Positions 8,357 to 18,500 of a stretch of DNA of 35,372 bases are shown one piece after another. The notes beneath the pieces are model-generated. The model did no database searches. It was not told the origin of the DNA and worked only from the letters and a program-made list of their open reading frames with translations. The position numbers were made by a program, and so were the translations under genes. Origin of the DNA: Nitrospiraceae bacterium (GTDB lineage Bacteria; Hydrogenedentota; Hydrogenedentia; Hydrogenedentales; SLHB01); contig JAACEL010000002.1 of assembly GCA_011682535.1 (NCBI GenBank), forward strand, positions 1 to 35,372, in the 5' to 3' direction. Each line of letters opens with the position of its first letter. The stretch's first letter is position 1.

Positions 8357-11300
8357 TCAATTCGCGCGGACGGCCGCCCAGACCTCCTCGATGACGGTGG
8401 CCAGGTTCTGGCGCGTCTGAAGCAGCAGGCCGGCGTCCTCCGTGAAGACCTTATTGTCGTGCACGACGCTGTCGGGCACGTTCGCGGCGGCCAACGCGCG
8501 CTGGCGCAGGCCGTCGGGAAGGCTGTCGCCCGCTTCCGCCAACAGGCGGTCGAGCAGGTGGAAGTACTCGTAGTCTTCAATGCCGTCGCGGACAATATGG
8601 AGGCGGACGGACGGAAGCGGCGTCCCGTCCGGGCCGGGGTAGATGAGGTAGCCGCAACCGTTGTGGCCGGGCTGGGCATTGTGCGTGATCCAGGGCTTGC
8701 CGGGCCAGCGTTCGTCGCCCTCGCAGTTGAAGCCCCAGTGCGTCGTGCCCCAGTAGAGGAAGCCCTCGGCGCCGTACTTGCGGCATTGCCAGAACATGAG
8801 CCGGTAGTCCGTTTGCGGGAACTCGATCATGATCCCGGGGCGTCCCCATACGGTGTAGAACCACAGCCGTTCACCTTTGGCCATGCGCCGCGCGAGTACG
8901 TTCGGGTCGAAGCTATCGATCGTGGGACACCAGATGTCGACGGCGCCGAACAGGGCCTCTTCCGGCGCGCTTGTTTCCAGACGGGGCCACTGCGGGACAA
9001 CGTCCTTGACCCATGTGTTCATCTCGACCATCTTGTCGATCATGTGGCGCTGAACGACGGCGACCTCATCCAGGCTGTAGAACATCACGTAGTCGTTCCA
9101 GCCCTTTTCCTCGAGGAGGTCATAGGTCAGTTTCAGTTTCTCGGCGAAGGCCGGGCGTTCGGATTCTTCAAGGTAGTGGGGCACGGGGATGAACATGCAG
9201 TTCTGTCCGTTTGCCATCAGATAGTCGAAATCTTCGATCATGTCGCCACCGCCGATGGGGAAATCCTTGATGGGGGAGACGCGGTGATCGAGGTGGCAGT
9301 CGTAGAAACGCTTGCGGACGTCGAACGGCGCGCGGCCCTCGAAACCGTAGAAGCGGTTGATGTAGCCCTCGTTCATCCAGAACGACGTCTTCAGATGGGT
9401 CTCGTCCGTGAGACTGAATCCCCAGACGTGTACGTTGAGGGGGATGTTCACCGCGGGGACGCCATCGGCCTCGACCCGGACGACGCCGGCGTAGTCGCCG
9501 GGCGACGTTCCGGCTTCGGTCTTGACGGTGACGAAGAAGGGCTGCGCATCCCGCTCCCCCGCCACGTCGATCGGCGCGTTCGGGAAGAGCACATCGGGGT
9601 ACTCGCCGACCTTCTCGACGAACCACGTATACTCCGGCGGAGAAATCCCGACGTAGCCGACGCGGGTTACTTCGACGTTGGCGGCGGGAATCGCCGCGCC
9701 GTCCGCGGACGTCAGGTCGCCGGCGATCGACACGCGCAGATTGGTCAGGTCGCTCAACTGTGGCACGACGACAATCTGGGACGATTCATACTCGTTGCCG
9801 CACAGCGCGATGGCGGCAGGCCCTGCTTCGCTATCGTAGGCCGTGAAAAGGGGTTCGTCGTTGAAGACTTTGTTGAGCGTCGTGGTTGAGATCACGGCGA
9901 ACTCGAGTCCGGCGCCGGGAGTCAGGCGCAGGGCGTGCGCGCGCGAGACGGCGCGGACGACCTCGTTGCCCGCCGCCGCAAGGGCGTCTACGGCGGCCCG
10001 GCGCTCGTCGAGCGAGGCCTCGGCGTTCAGCGCAGCGGCTTTGGCGGCAGCCAAAGCGCCATCGTAGGCCTGTTTGCTTTGTTCGCAAGCCGCGGCGACG
10101 CGCGCCTGGGCAGGCCCGGCGGGCAAACCGGCGACGAGTTCGGGTCCCGCGGCCAGCGCGTTGGCCGTCTCGGTGTTCATCGGCGCGTCCAGATCCAGTC
10201 CGCTCTCCTTGCGATCCGTGGCGACGGTGCGGCCCTGGCCGACGTCAAGCAAGCTGGCCCCCAGCGCGTAGGCGCCCGCAGTGAGGGCGGGGAACGTTAC
10301 CGTAAACTGCTTCTGCTCGAGCGGCTCGAAGCGTCCGGAAAAGGTGCGGTTGATGACGACGCCATCGGGCAGGCGAACGCCCACGACCGCCTCGAGGTGG
10401 CGCGGCCGCGGCGAGTTGTTGGTGACCTGGACCTCGACCTGGTTCTCGCCGAAATGGATGGGGCCGAACTGGCTCAGCGAGAACTCGGGGGTCTGGGTTG
10501 GCTTGGCGGCGGGCTCGGGCACGAAAGGCTGGTTCGCGTAGTTGGCCGAGAGTTGGGGGTCGTGGCTGAGCATCGGCCAGGGAAGCTTGCTCGGGTCGTA
10601 TGCACCGTCCAGCGTTAGGCAGTAGATGTAGCGGTCCTTGCTGGTGTAGACGATTTCGACCTGGCCGTCGCCGTCGATGTCGCCGAGGGCGGGCGTCGTG
10701 AGCATCTCCGTTTCGGAGGGGTAAGACCACTCCTCGGCGCCATCCGCGATGGAGAGACAGAGGATACGTTTGGAGCGCGAACAGACGAGCACTTCCAACT
10801 CCCCGTCGCCGTCCACGTCGCCGATTGAGGGGCCCTGGACAATGGCGCCGCCCGGATCGATCGTCCATATCCGTTTGCCGTTGCTGAAGCGGTGCAAGTG
10901 GCCGCCGCCGGTTTGTCCGGTGCCGTCGCCACAGAAGATGTCGAGGAGTTCGGGGTTGTCGACGTGGGCCAGGGCGAAACTGTGGGTCTGGTCGGTGCCC
11001 GACTTGCCGGCCCAACGCCATTCCTCGTCACCCGTGAGTGCGTCGCGGACGATAATTTGGAAATCTTCGGTAGCGGTCATCACTTCGAGCGCGCCATCGC
11101 CGTCGACATCGCCCAAGGCGGGGCCTGAGCGCCGGAAACCGCGTGGGGCGGGTTCTTCGTGGGCCCACAGCAGTTTGCCCGCGCTCGACAGGCAGGCGTC
11201 CACACCGTTGCCGAACACGACATAGATGCGCATCGTCGTCTCATCGCCCACGCGGGCCACCGCCGGGATGCCGCGGATCTGCCCGCTGCCCTGGTAATGC

Positions 11301-11818
11301 CAGCGCTTCATGCCACTGTCGTCCAGGCAGTATACCGTGCCGCTGTCCGATCCGATGAGCACTTCGATGCGTCCGTCGCCATCGACGTCGGCCACGACCG
11401 GCCCGTTGTAGTCGATGGTGTCGCCCAGGAAGGTCCGCCATACGGGACGCCCCTGGTAATCGACGCACCCGACCACGCCGCCGCGGCTGGCAAAGAAGAT
11501 TTCTTTCTTGCCGTCGCCGTCGTAGTCGACCACGGATGGGGTGGATTGCAGACCGTCGGCGTCATTGTCTTCCCAACGGTAATCCCAACGCAGTTCGCCG
11601 CGCGAACTCAGGCAGAGGAGGCGTTTGTCGCGCGACGCGGCGACGATGACCTCGACGAGCCCGTCGCCGTCGAGGTCGGCCAAAATGGGCGAAGCATAGA
11701 TCTTGCCTTTTGTTTCAAACGACCACTCCAGGCGCGGTTCCGCGGCGCCGACGGCCATACACCATGCCGCGCATGCACACGCAACTACACAAACTCCCGC
11801 ACGTCGAAATCTCGTCAT
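8357..11818 (-). CDS. Secreted protein: FG-GAP/PQQ-like beta-propeller fused to a DUF4091 (GH123-like) glycoside hydrolase domain
   Basis: Signal peptide; repeated DxDGDGxxE Ca-binding motifs alternating with W-x-[FY] motifs. C-terminal YSLDEV, GAEGFLYW, GYLIYPG, PSVRLHIVRDGIEDYEY. Confidence 0.8.
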   Translation of the reverse strand: MTRFRRAGVCVVACACAAWCMAVGAAEPRLEWSFETKGKIYASPILADLDGDGLVEVIVAASRDKRLLCLSSRGELRWDYRWEDNDADGLQSTPSVVDYDGDGKKEIFFASRGGVVGCVDYQGRPVWRTFLGDTIDYNGPVVADVDGDGRIEVLIGSDSGTVYCLDDSGMKRWHYQGSGQIRGIPAVARVGDETTMRIYVVFGNGVDACLSSAGKLLWAHEEPAPRGFRRSGPALGDVDGDGALEVMTATEDFQIIVRDALTGDEEWRWAGKSGTDQTHSFALAHVDNPELLDIFCGDGTGQTGGGHLHRFSNGKRIWTIDPGGAIVQGPSIGDVDGDGELEVLVCSRSKRILCLSIADGAEEWSYPSETEMLTTPALGDIDGDGQVEIVYTSKDRYIYCLTLDGAYDPSKLPWPMLSHDPQLSANYANQPFVPEPAAKPTQTPEFSLSQFGPIHFGENQVEVQVTNNSPRPRHLEAVVGVRLPDGVVINRTFSGRFEPLEQKQFTVTFPALTAGAYALGASLLDVGQGRTVATDRKESGLDLDAPMNTETANALAAGPELVAGLPAGPAQARVAAACEQSKQAYDGALAAAKAAALNAEASLDERRAAVDALAAAGNEVVRAVSRAHALRLTPGAGLEFAVISTTTLNKVFNDEPLFTAYDSEAGPAAIALCGNEYESSQIVVVPQLSDLTNLRVSIAGDLTSADGAAIPAANVEVTRVGYVGISPPEYTWFVEKVGEYPDVLFPNAPIDVAGERDAQPFFVTVKTEAGTSPGDYAGVVRVEADGVPAVNIPLNVHVWGFSLTDETHLKTSFWMNEGYINRFYGFEGRAPFDVRKRFYDCHLDHRVSPIKDFPIGGGDMIEDFDYLMANGQNCMFIPVPHYLEESERPAFAEKLKLTYDLLEEKGWNDYVMFYSLDEVAVVQRHMIDKMVEMNTWVKDVVPQWPRLETSAPEEALFGAVDIWCPTIDSFDPNVLARRMAKGERLWFYTVWGRPGIMIEFPQTDYRLMFWQCRKYGAEGFLYWGTTHWGFNCEGDERWPGKPWITHNAQPGHNGCGYLIYPGPDGTPLPSVRLHIVRDGIEDYEYFHLLDRLLAEAGDSLPDGLRQRALAAANVPDSVVHDNKVFTEDAGLLLQTRQNLATVIEEVWAAVRAN

Positions 11819-12005
11819 TGCATCAAGCCTTTCGGACTTGTGGACCGTTTCAGGGACAATAATCTCGCGGACACCATACCGGATTTCGGAAGGAAATGCC
11901 TACTGGGGGAACGCAACACGGTGTTTTGCCCATTGCCAAGTCTGTCGTTCCTCGTGAAGCACCGCTTCACGGGCAATTCATTTGCGCTTGGCGGAGGCCT
12001 TCTCC

Positions 12006-12079
12006 AGCCCCGGAGGGGTGGCAGCGAACAAGGCGGGCCACATTGGGAGGCGAGGGCGCTGTCACGCCGCGCGCGGCGT
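12006..12079. repeat. Degenerate REP-like palindromic element
   Basis: AGCCCCGGAGGGGTGGCAGC...GCTGTC followed by the perfect 16-bp palindrome ACGCCGCGCGCGGCGT (12064-12079). Confidence 0.4.
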
Positions 12080-12114
12080 TGCGGTGTAGTACGGGTCAAC
12101 AGTACCTTAAGATG

Positions 12115-12166
12115 TGGGGACAGTCCCGTCTCACGCCCTCCGGTCGCTCGCTTGGTACAGTCCCCA
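12115..12166. repeat. GGGGACAGTCCC-type palindromic (REP-like) element at the 3' end of porB
   Basis: TGGGGAC...GTCCCCA inverted ends with duplicated ACAGTCCC. Confidence 0.5.
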
Positions 12167-12175
12167 TTTCTTGGC

Positions 12176-13084
12176 TCAGCCGCCCAAGGCAGTATCGCGT
12201 TTGACGTAGCTATGCCAACGGTCAGTGACCCACTGCTGGACGACGTCCAGGTGTTCCGGCCCGATCCCCTTGAACCGTTGCTGGGCTCTGACGTAGCCCT
12301 CGATGGGCTTGGGTTCCCCGCGTTGGGCCATGCGGCGGCTGCGTCCGGTCAGCCGGAGTGCGCCGTCCTCGATTTCGAGCAACACGATCATCGCGTTGTC
12401 TACCGCGATACGTCCCATTTTCACCGTATCCCTAGCAGGGAACACCCAGCCGGGCGAACAGGGTGTGGTGATGTGGATGTAGCGCATGCCGGTCCTCGCC
12501 TTGGCCTTGCGGATCTTGTCGTAGAGATCGGCGGGGAACGACGATGTGGCGGTGGCGATGTAGCCGACGTTGTGGGCTTCCATGATACCGATCATATCCT
12601 TGGCGTGTTGCTGTTTGCCAAGGACGGGCGTGGTGGCGGTCTTCGCGCCCAGCGGCGTGGCGCTCGATCGCTGGGTGCCGGTGTTCATGTAGGCTTCGTT
12701 GTCGTAGCAGATGTAGAGCATGTCGACGTTGCGTTCGGCGGCGCCGCTGAGCGCTTGTATGCCGATATCGACGGTGCCGCCGTCGCCCGCGAACGCGACG
12801 ACGGTAGTTCCCGTCTTCCCCAGCGCCTTGAGACCGGCCACCACGCCGTTGGCCGAGGCGGCGGTGCTGGGGAAGGAGACGTTGAGCCAGGGCGCGGCGA
12901 CGGATGACACGGGGTACATGCCGCCGAGCACCGTCAGGCAACTGGCCGGCACGACGAAGATGGCTTCGCCGTCCAGGGCCTTGAGGATGTAGCGAAAGGC
13001 GATGGACAGCCCGCACCCCGCGCACGTCCGGTTACCGGGGAGCAGATACTCTTTTTCGGGCAGTTCGAGCAGTTTCGTTTCCAT
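12176..13084 (-). CDS. porB: Pyruvate/2-oxoacid:ferredoxin oxidoreductase beta subunit (TPP-binding)
   Basis: CAGCG, ASCL, AGDGGTVDIG, YDNEAYMNTGTQRS, TPC. Confidence 0.92.
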   Translation of the reverse strand: METKLLELPEKEYLLPGNRTCAGCGLSIAFRYILKALDGEAIFVVPASCLTVLGGMYPVSSVAAPWLNVSFPSTAASANGVVAGLKALGKTGTTVVAFAGDGGTVDIGIQALSGAAERNVDMLYICYDNEAYMNTGTQRSSATPLGAKTATTPVLGKQQHAKDMIGIMEAHNVGYIATATSSFPADLYDKIRKAKARTGMRYIHITTPCSPGWVFPARDTVKMGRIAVDNAMIVLLEIEDGALRLTGRSRRMAQRGEPKPIEGYVRAQQRFKGIGPEHLDVVQQWVTDRWHSYVKRDTALGG

Positions 13085-13089
13085 AGCCG

Positions 13090-14310
13090 TCAGAACTGGC
13101 AGTTGATCCAGCCCGTCTCCTTATGGGTTTCACCGGCCTCGACACGGCGCACGCTTTCTTGCGTAGCCTCTACCAACTCACGCGTCTTCACGTCGCGTCC
13201 GCCCAGCCCGGCAATGTAACCGTGTACGGCCGGGCCGCCGCCGGTTCCATACAGTGCGGCCTTGACGTCGGCGCAGATCGGGCCCTGATAGCCGTAACTC
13301 AGGCTCTTGTCGAACACGACGACGAGCTTGGCGTTGCGCGTTCCTTCGAGCAATTCCCGCTCGGGGAAGGGACGGTACACGCGCACGGCGAGTACGCCCG
13401 CCTTGCAGCCCGCCTCGCGCAACGCGTCGACCGCCACGGTGGCCTCACTCGCAATGCTGCCCGCTGCCACCAGGAGCACGTCCGCGTCTTCGTTCTTGTA
13501 ACCCCAGGTCATCCCGCCCCAGCTCCGTCCGAAGTGGCGTCCATACTCTTCGTCCACTTCGACGGCCCGGGCGCGCGCGTTGCCGAGGGCCTCCTGGAGT
13601 TGATAGCGCAATTCCATGTAGCCGTGGCAGGTCTCCCCCACTTCGTTCGCGCGGGGGTCGGCCAAGGTGACCTGGTTGATGTTGCGGGGGTCGGCGGGGT
13701 CGAGGATCGTATGCGGAGTATAGGAGGGAAGGAACGCATCGACCTGCTCGGCCGTGGGCACCTCCACCGGCATGACGGTGTGCGACAGGATGTAACCGTC
13801 GTAACACACCATGACCGGCACATGCACCGACTCGGCGATCTTGTAGGCCTGGATGAGGTTGTCGATGATCTCCTGGTTGTTGCGGGCGTAGATCTGAATC
13901 CATCCGGCGTCACGTTGCGACATCGAATCCTGCTGATCGTTCAGCACGCTCCACGGCGCCGCCATGGCGCGATTGACGCAGCCCATCACCAGCGGCAACC
14001 GCGCGCCGGCCGCCCAGTGGATGAGTTCGCACATGTAGGCGAGGCCGTTGGCGCTGGTCGCGGTGAAGGCGCGCGCGCCGACGGTGGATGCGCCGATGCA
14101 GACGGACAGCGCGCTATGCTCACTTTCGACTGTGACGTACTCCGCCTCGAGCTGACCGCTCTCGACAAACCCCGACAGGTTCTCGGTGACCTGAGACTGC
14201 GGGGTGATGGGGTAAGCCGCGATAACCTGGACGCGGCACAGCTTCGCGCCGAGGGCCATGGCCTCGTTTCCAGTAATGATTGACGTCTCAGGCTGTTGCA
14301 CCGTGGCCAC
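13090..14310 (-). CDS. porA: Pyruvate/2-oxoacid:ferredoxin oxidoreductase alpha subunit
   Basis: TGNEAMA, AYPITPQS, VESEHSA, FTATSANGL, CYDGYILSH, RVYRPFP, AGLGGRD. Confidence 0.92.
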   Translation of the reverse strand: MATVQQPETSIITGNEAMALGAKLCRVQVIAAYPITPQSQVTENLSGFVESGQLEAEYVTVESEHSALSVCIGASTVGARAFTATSANGLAYMCELIHWAAGARLPLVMGCVNRAMAAPWSVLNDQQDSMSQRDAGWIQIYARNNQEIIDNLIQAYKIAESVHVPVMVCYDGYILSHTVMPVEVPTAEQVDAFLPSYTPHTILDPADPRNINQVTLADPRANEVGETCHGYMELRYQLQEALGNARARAVEVDEEYGRHFGRSWGGMTWGYKNEDADVLLVAAGSIASEATVAVDALREAGCKAGVLAVRVYRPFPERELLEGTRNAKLVVVFDKSLSYGYQGPICADVKAALYGTGGGPAVHGYIAGLGGRDVKTRELVEATQESVRRVEAGETHKETGWINCQF

Positions 14311-14313
14311 GGC

Positions 14314-14628
14314 TCAGTCCTCCTCCGTGCCGCCATCATCCGCGCTGGCCTCGGATTCCATCGTAATGGCGTCCGTGGGGCACTCCTCGGCGCAGATGCC
14401 GCATCCCTTGCAGTAATCGAGGTCGATGGTGATGGGGGCCTCGCGCGGGATCACGGCTTCGGGACAATAGAGCCAACAGCGGAAACACGCCGCGCCCTCC
14501 GTCTTGGCGGCAGCGCATCTGGCGTCGTCCACGACCGGCCGCTGGGTGCGCCAATCGCCCGTGTGACCTGCTTCCCCGGCGCTCGGCTTCGACATGGCCG
14601 ATTCGTGCCCGCAGTCTCTCGTGCCCAC
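14314..14628 (-). CDS. porD: 2-oxoacid:ferredoxin oxidoreductase delta subunit (2x[4Fe-4S])
   Basis: TGDWRTQRP, C..CFRCWLYCP, DYCKGCGICAEECP. GTG 14628 follows GGAGG (alternative ATG 14595). Confidence 0.88.
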   Translation of the reverse strand: MGTRDCGHESAMSKPSAGEAGHTGDWRTQRPVVDDARCAAAKTEGAACFRCWLYCPEAVIPREAPITIDLDYCKGCGICAEECPTDAITMESEASADDGGTEED

Positions 14629-14672
14629 TCTCCAACCTCCAACAGCCCGGGATGTCGCTCCGGTTTCAGGTT

Positions 14673-15293
14673 TCAGGAGCCGCCCGTTGCCAGCTTTGTG
14701 CGTTCGTAGGTTCGACGTGCCGCTTCGAAATTGCGCCGTGCAAGCTCCGCGGGGAACTTCTCGGCGATGGCTCTCTCTACACTCTCCAGCGTAACCAGTT
14801 CCGTAGCGCGGGCGAAGGCGCCCAGCATGGCAGTATTCACAATCACGGAACCGGCCACGACCAAATCCAATTCCTGTGCGATTCGGGTCGCGTCGGCTGT
14901 GGCGATCCGAAAGCTGCCGCTGCATTCGACCGCGGCGGGGTCGAGCGGGCTGTTGATTACCAGCCAGCCGTCTTCGATGAGGCCCTTGGTTGCGTCAGCC
15001 ACTTCGAGCAGCGTGTCGTCGAGTACGATCACCGCGCTCGGGTGTTCGATCTGTGAGAATGTGCGCAAGGGTTCGCGGGATAGGCGGTTTGATGCGGACA
15101 CCGGCGCGCCGCGCCGTTCCGCTCCGAAAGTAGGCGCTGAAGTCACCCCCTGAAAGCCGTCGTCGAACGCGGCTCGCGCCAGCAACTGCGCCGACGAAAT
15201 CGCCCCCTGGCCGCCCCGGCCGTGCCACCGAATCTCCACAATGCCCTTCAAAGAGCCAATATCCACACTCATTCCATCCATCCCTGGATCCAT
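14673..15293 (-). CDS. porC: 2-oxoacid:ferredoxin oxidoreductase gamma subunit
   Basis: EIRWHGRGGQGA, FGAERRGAPV, VNTAMLGA. Start could instead be 15281 or 15272. Confidence 0.92.
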   Translation of the reverse strand: MDPGMDGMSVDIGSLKGIVEIRWHGRGGQGAISSAQLLARAAFDDGFQGVTSAPTFGAERRGAPVSASNRLSREPLRTFSQIEHPSAVIVLDDTLLEVADATKGLIEDGWLVINSPLDPAAVECSGSFRIATADATRIAQELDLVVAGSVIVNTAMLGAFARATELVTLESVERAIAEKFPAELARRNFEAARRTYERTKLATGGS

Positions 15294-15480
15294 TCAGGCG
15301 GCTTGGCGCTCCCGCCGGGGGCAACCAACAGAAAGCCCATTATGCCATGTGTCGTTCCCCGAGCCAAATTTGGCGGCCTAGTCCCTGACTCCTCCCCAGT
15401 TTGGCGTCCGGTTCCCAGGGAACCGTATCCGCGCTGAGCCCAGTTCCAAGCAGAGCCCTCCCACCAACCTCGTTTTTTGA

Positions 15481-15548
15481 GGGACACGTGGCGACGCCAT
15501 GGGCGGATCGGCGCAGATCCATAGAGATCCGCGCAAATCCGCGTCCCA
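15481..15548. repeat. Degenerate palindromic intergenic repeat (GGGACAC...ATCCGCGCAAATCCGCGTCCC)
   Basis: Tandem ATCCGCG units ending in GTCCC, with a complementary GGGAC at the left end. Confidence 0.35.
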
Positions 15549-15580
15549 TTTTCTCACACCCCAAATCGTCACTTGGAGAG

Positions 15581-18500
15581 CTAGGCGCGGGTCGCGTTTC
15601 TCCGGACGATCAGGCCCAGGGCGAACGAGAGGGCGAACAGCGTCGTGCCTAGTGATAACCACATTGCACGGCCGCCGCCAGCGCCGATCTCGATCGAGAC
15701 CGTGTTGCCCAGCGCGAGTTCGATGGCCTGGCCAAGCTGCATGACGCCGGCGTGGTTGACCTGAATCTCGATGTAGGTCTGGCCGTCTACGTCCACCGTG
15801 CGCCGACTCTCGGGCGCCATCCACCCGACTACGTTATCGGCCGGGTACCAGCCTTGGTGGCTGGTGGTTTCGCTGTAGTAGTAGATGTCGAGGGCGTCCG
15901 CGCTGACACCTGCCGGTACCGGCAGTTGCAAGGTCAACGGTTCGGCGAAGACGCCGGCCGGCTGCACGCGGTATACCGACGACTGCGGCGCGGCGATCAC
16001 TTCGGGAAGAGCCTCAATACTGTCGACCTCGACCAACTCGGGTACGTTGTCCAGCGCCTTGTCCGCGGCGATGAGGAAATCCTTGGACAGCGGGCCGATG
16101 ATGTCGCCATCGACGGTGACGGCGCCTACGGTCAAGGTGACGCTTTCACCCGGTGCAAAGGGTTCCCCGGGCTCGAAGACCACCCAGCCGTCGTTCTCGG
16201 CGTCCGCGGCCAGCCAGGCGCCGCCGGAGGCGAACCAGCCGCCGCCCTCGGCCACGGCCCAGGCGGACTCGGGGTCGATGGCGGCTTCGGCCGTCACACG
16301 CACGGCCAGTGAAGCGGTTGCGGCAGCCTTGGCGAGGGGAGAGTCCTCGACGCTCAACGGCATCGAAGGCTCGGAGATTTTCTCGTCGAGGCGCTTGAAG
16401 AGCTGCCCGCAGATTCCGCCAGGTTCGTCGATGGCCGACTCGAGCAGGAAGGTCACGGCGATCTGTTGGCCGAGGACGGTGGTCACGTTGCGTGTCTGCG
16501 GGGCGTAGTCCTGCGCCGAGACGGTCAGCGTGTAATCGCCCGGCCGCACGTTGGTGAAGGTGTAGAGTCCGTCCACGCTGCTGGTGAGCACCCGGCCCGG
16601 CGGGTCGAGGCGGACCGAGGCGTCGAGAATTGGGTCGAGGGACTCGGAGTCGCGCACGCTGCACACGATTGTGGAGCGCTGCTCGAAGTATTCGAACGCG
16701 TCCACCGCGGTGACCGCGCCACCCAGCGTGGTGACGGTTACGTCGACCCATTCCGCGGTGGTGTGGGCGGGCGTCAGTATTTCGATCTCCGTGTCAGTGA
16801 CATTGACGATCGTAGCGGCTGCGGTGTTGAATTCCACCGATTGCGCCGTTGCGAGCGCAGTGCCCTGGACCAACACGGTGTCGCCGCCGGAGATGTGTCC
16901 TTCGTCTGGCGACAGGGCGCTGATGGTGGGCACGCCCAGGTACTGATAGGCGTCTTCCACCCGGTGTACGCCGGTCGTCGTGGTGACCTCGACGGCTACG
17001 AAGCCCGGAGCGTTGGGCGGCGCAACGACTTGCAGGCGCGTTTCTTCGGCCGACAGGATCTGTGCGGCCACGCCGCCGAAGGTGATGGAGCGGGTGAGGG
17101 CCAGGTTGCGTCCACGCACGGAGAGCACCTCGCCGCCGACGGCCTTACCCACGCTCGGGGTGATGGCGCCCAGTTCGGGCGGTCCCGGCGGTTCGACGAA
17201 CATGAATCCGGCTACGGCGACCACATCGCCCATTGGCGTGGTGACGTGCACGTCGACAACGCCGCGTTCGTGAGGCGGGGTAAGTACCTCGAGCACCGTG
17301 TCGGAGGCACCGACAATCGTGGCCGCTTCGCCGCCGAATGTGACGGCGGTTGCCTCCGCGAGGCGTCCACCGAGGATGTCCACCGCCTCGCCGCCGAGGA
17401 TGGTGCCCTTGGCGGGGCTCAATTCGCCCAGGAACGGGATCTGACGGAAGACGGCCTGCACGTTTTTGTCGTCGTCCATGGTGATGACGGTGGGATTGGC
17501 GCCGCCTTGCAGGTCGCCCTGCCACTGATCGAACACCCAGCCCTCGGCGGGGGTCGCGATCAGGGTGATCTGCTTGCCCTCCGCATAGACGTACGCGCCT
17601 GGCGGCGGGTTGACGGTGTTCACGCCGCCGCCGCCGATGATATTGCCGATCGTGAGCGTATAGGTGACCGGAGCGGCGGCGAACACCGCCGTGATGGTCT
17701 TGTCGCCGTCCATGGTGATGGAGGTCGGGTTGGCTTCTCCGGTGAGGTTTCCCTTCCAGTGGTCGAACACCCATCCGCTTTGCGGTGTTGCCGACAGGGG
17801 CACTGGCGTGCCTTCGAAATAGCGGTAGAAACCGGCGGCGGGTTGAATCGTGCCGTTGCCCTCGACAACCGTGGCCAAGGTGTAGTCGAAACCGTCTTCC
17901 ACGAAGACGGCGACCACGTTCTTCGGTCCGTCCATGACGATGGTGAACGGGTTGGCCGCGCCTGGAGGCACGTCGCCCTCCCAGCGATCGAACACCCAGC
18001 CCAGTTGGGGAATGGCGTCGATGCTGACCGGGGTGTTCTCGGTGTACTCGCCGTTCTCGCCCACCGGATCGACCTGGACGTCACCGCCGCCTATGGTGCT
18101 GGTCGTCAGCGGATAGAGCGGGCCTCGTTCCACGAAGAAGGCCGTGACGGTCTTGTCCGCGTTCATGACCAGTGTGATGGGGTTCAGGCCGGCCTGCGCG
18201 AGGTCGATGTCGCCTTCCCAGTGGTCGAACAGCCATTCGTCGTCCGGGAAGGCCGTGATCAGTACTTCAGCGCCTTCGCTGTAGTCCGTCTCGCCGGTGG
18301 GCGTGGTCGTGCCATTGCCGCTCACATCGACCGTCAGTGTATAGGCGCCGGCTGCTTCGAGGAATACGGCCGTGGCGCGCTTATCCGCGTCCATCGTGAC
18401 CACGACGGGGTTGTCGGTTGCCGTCACATCGCCTTCCCATCGATCGAACACCCAACCTTCCGCCGGGGTGGCCGTCAGCGTGACTTCGGTGCCCTGTGAA

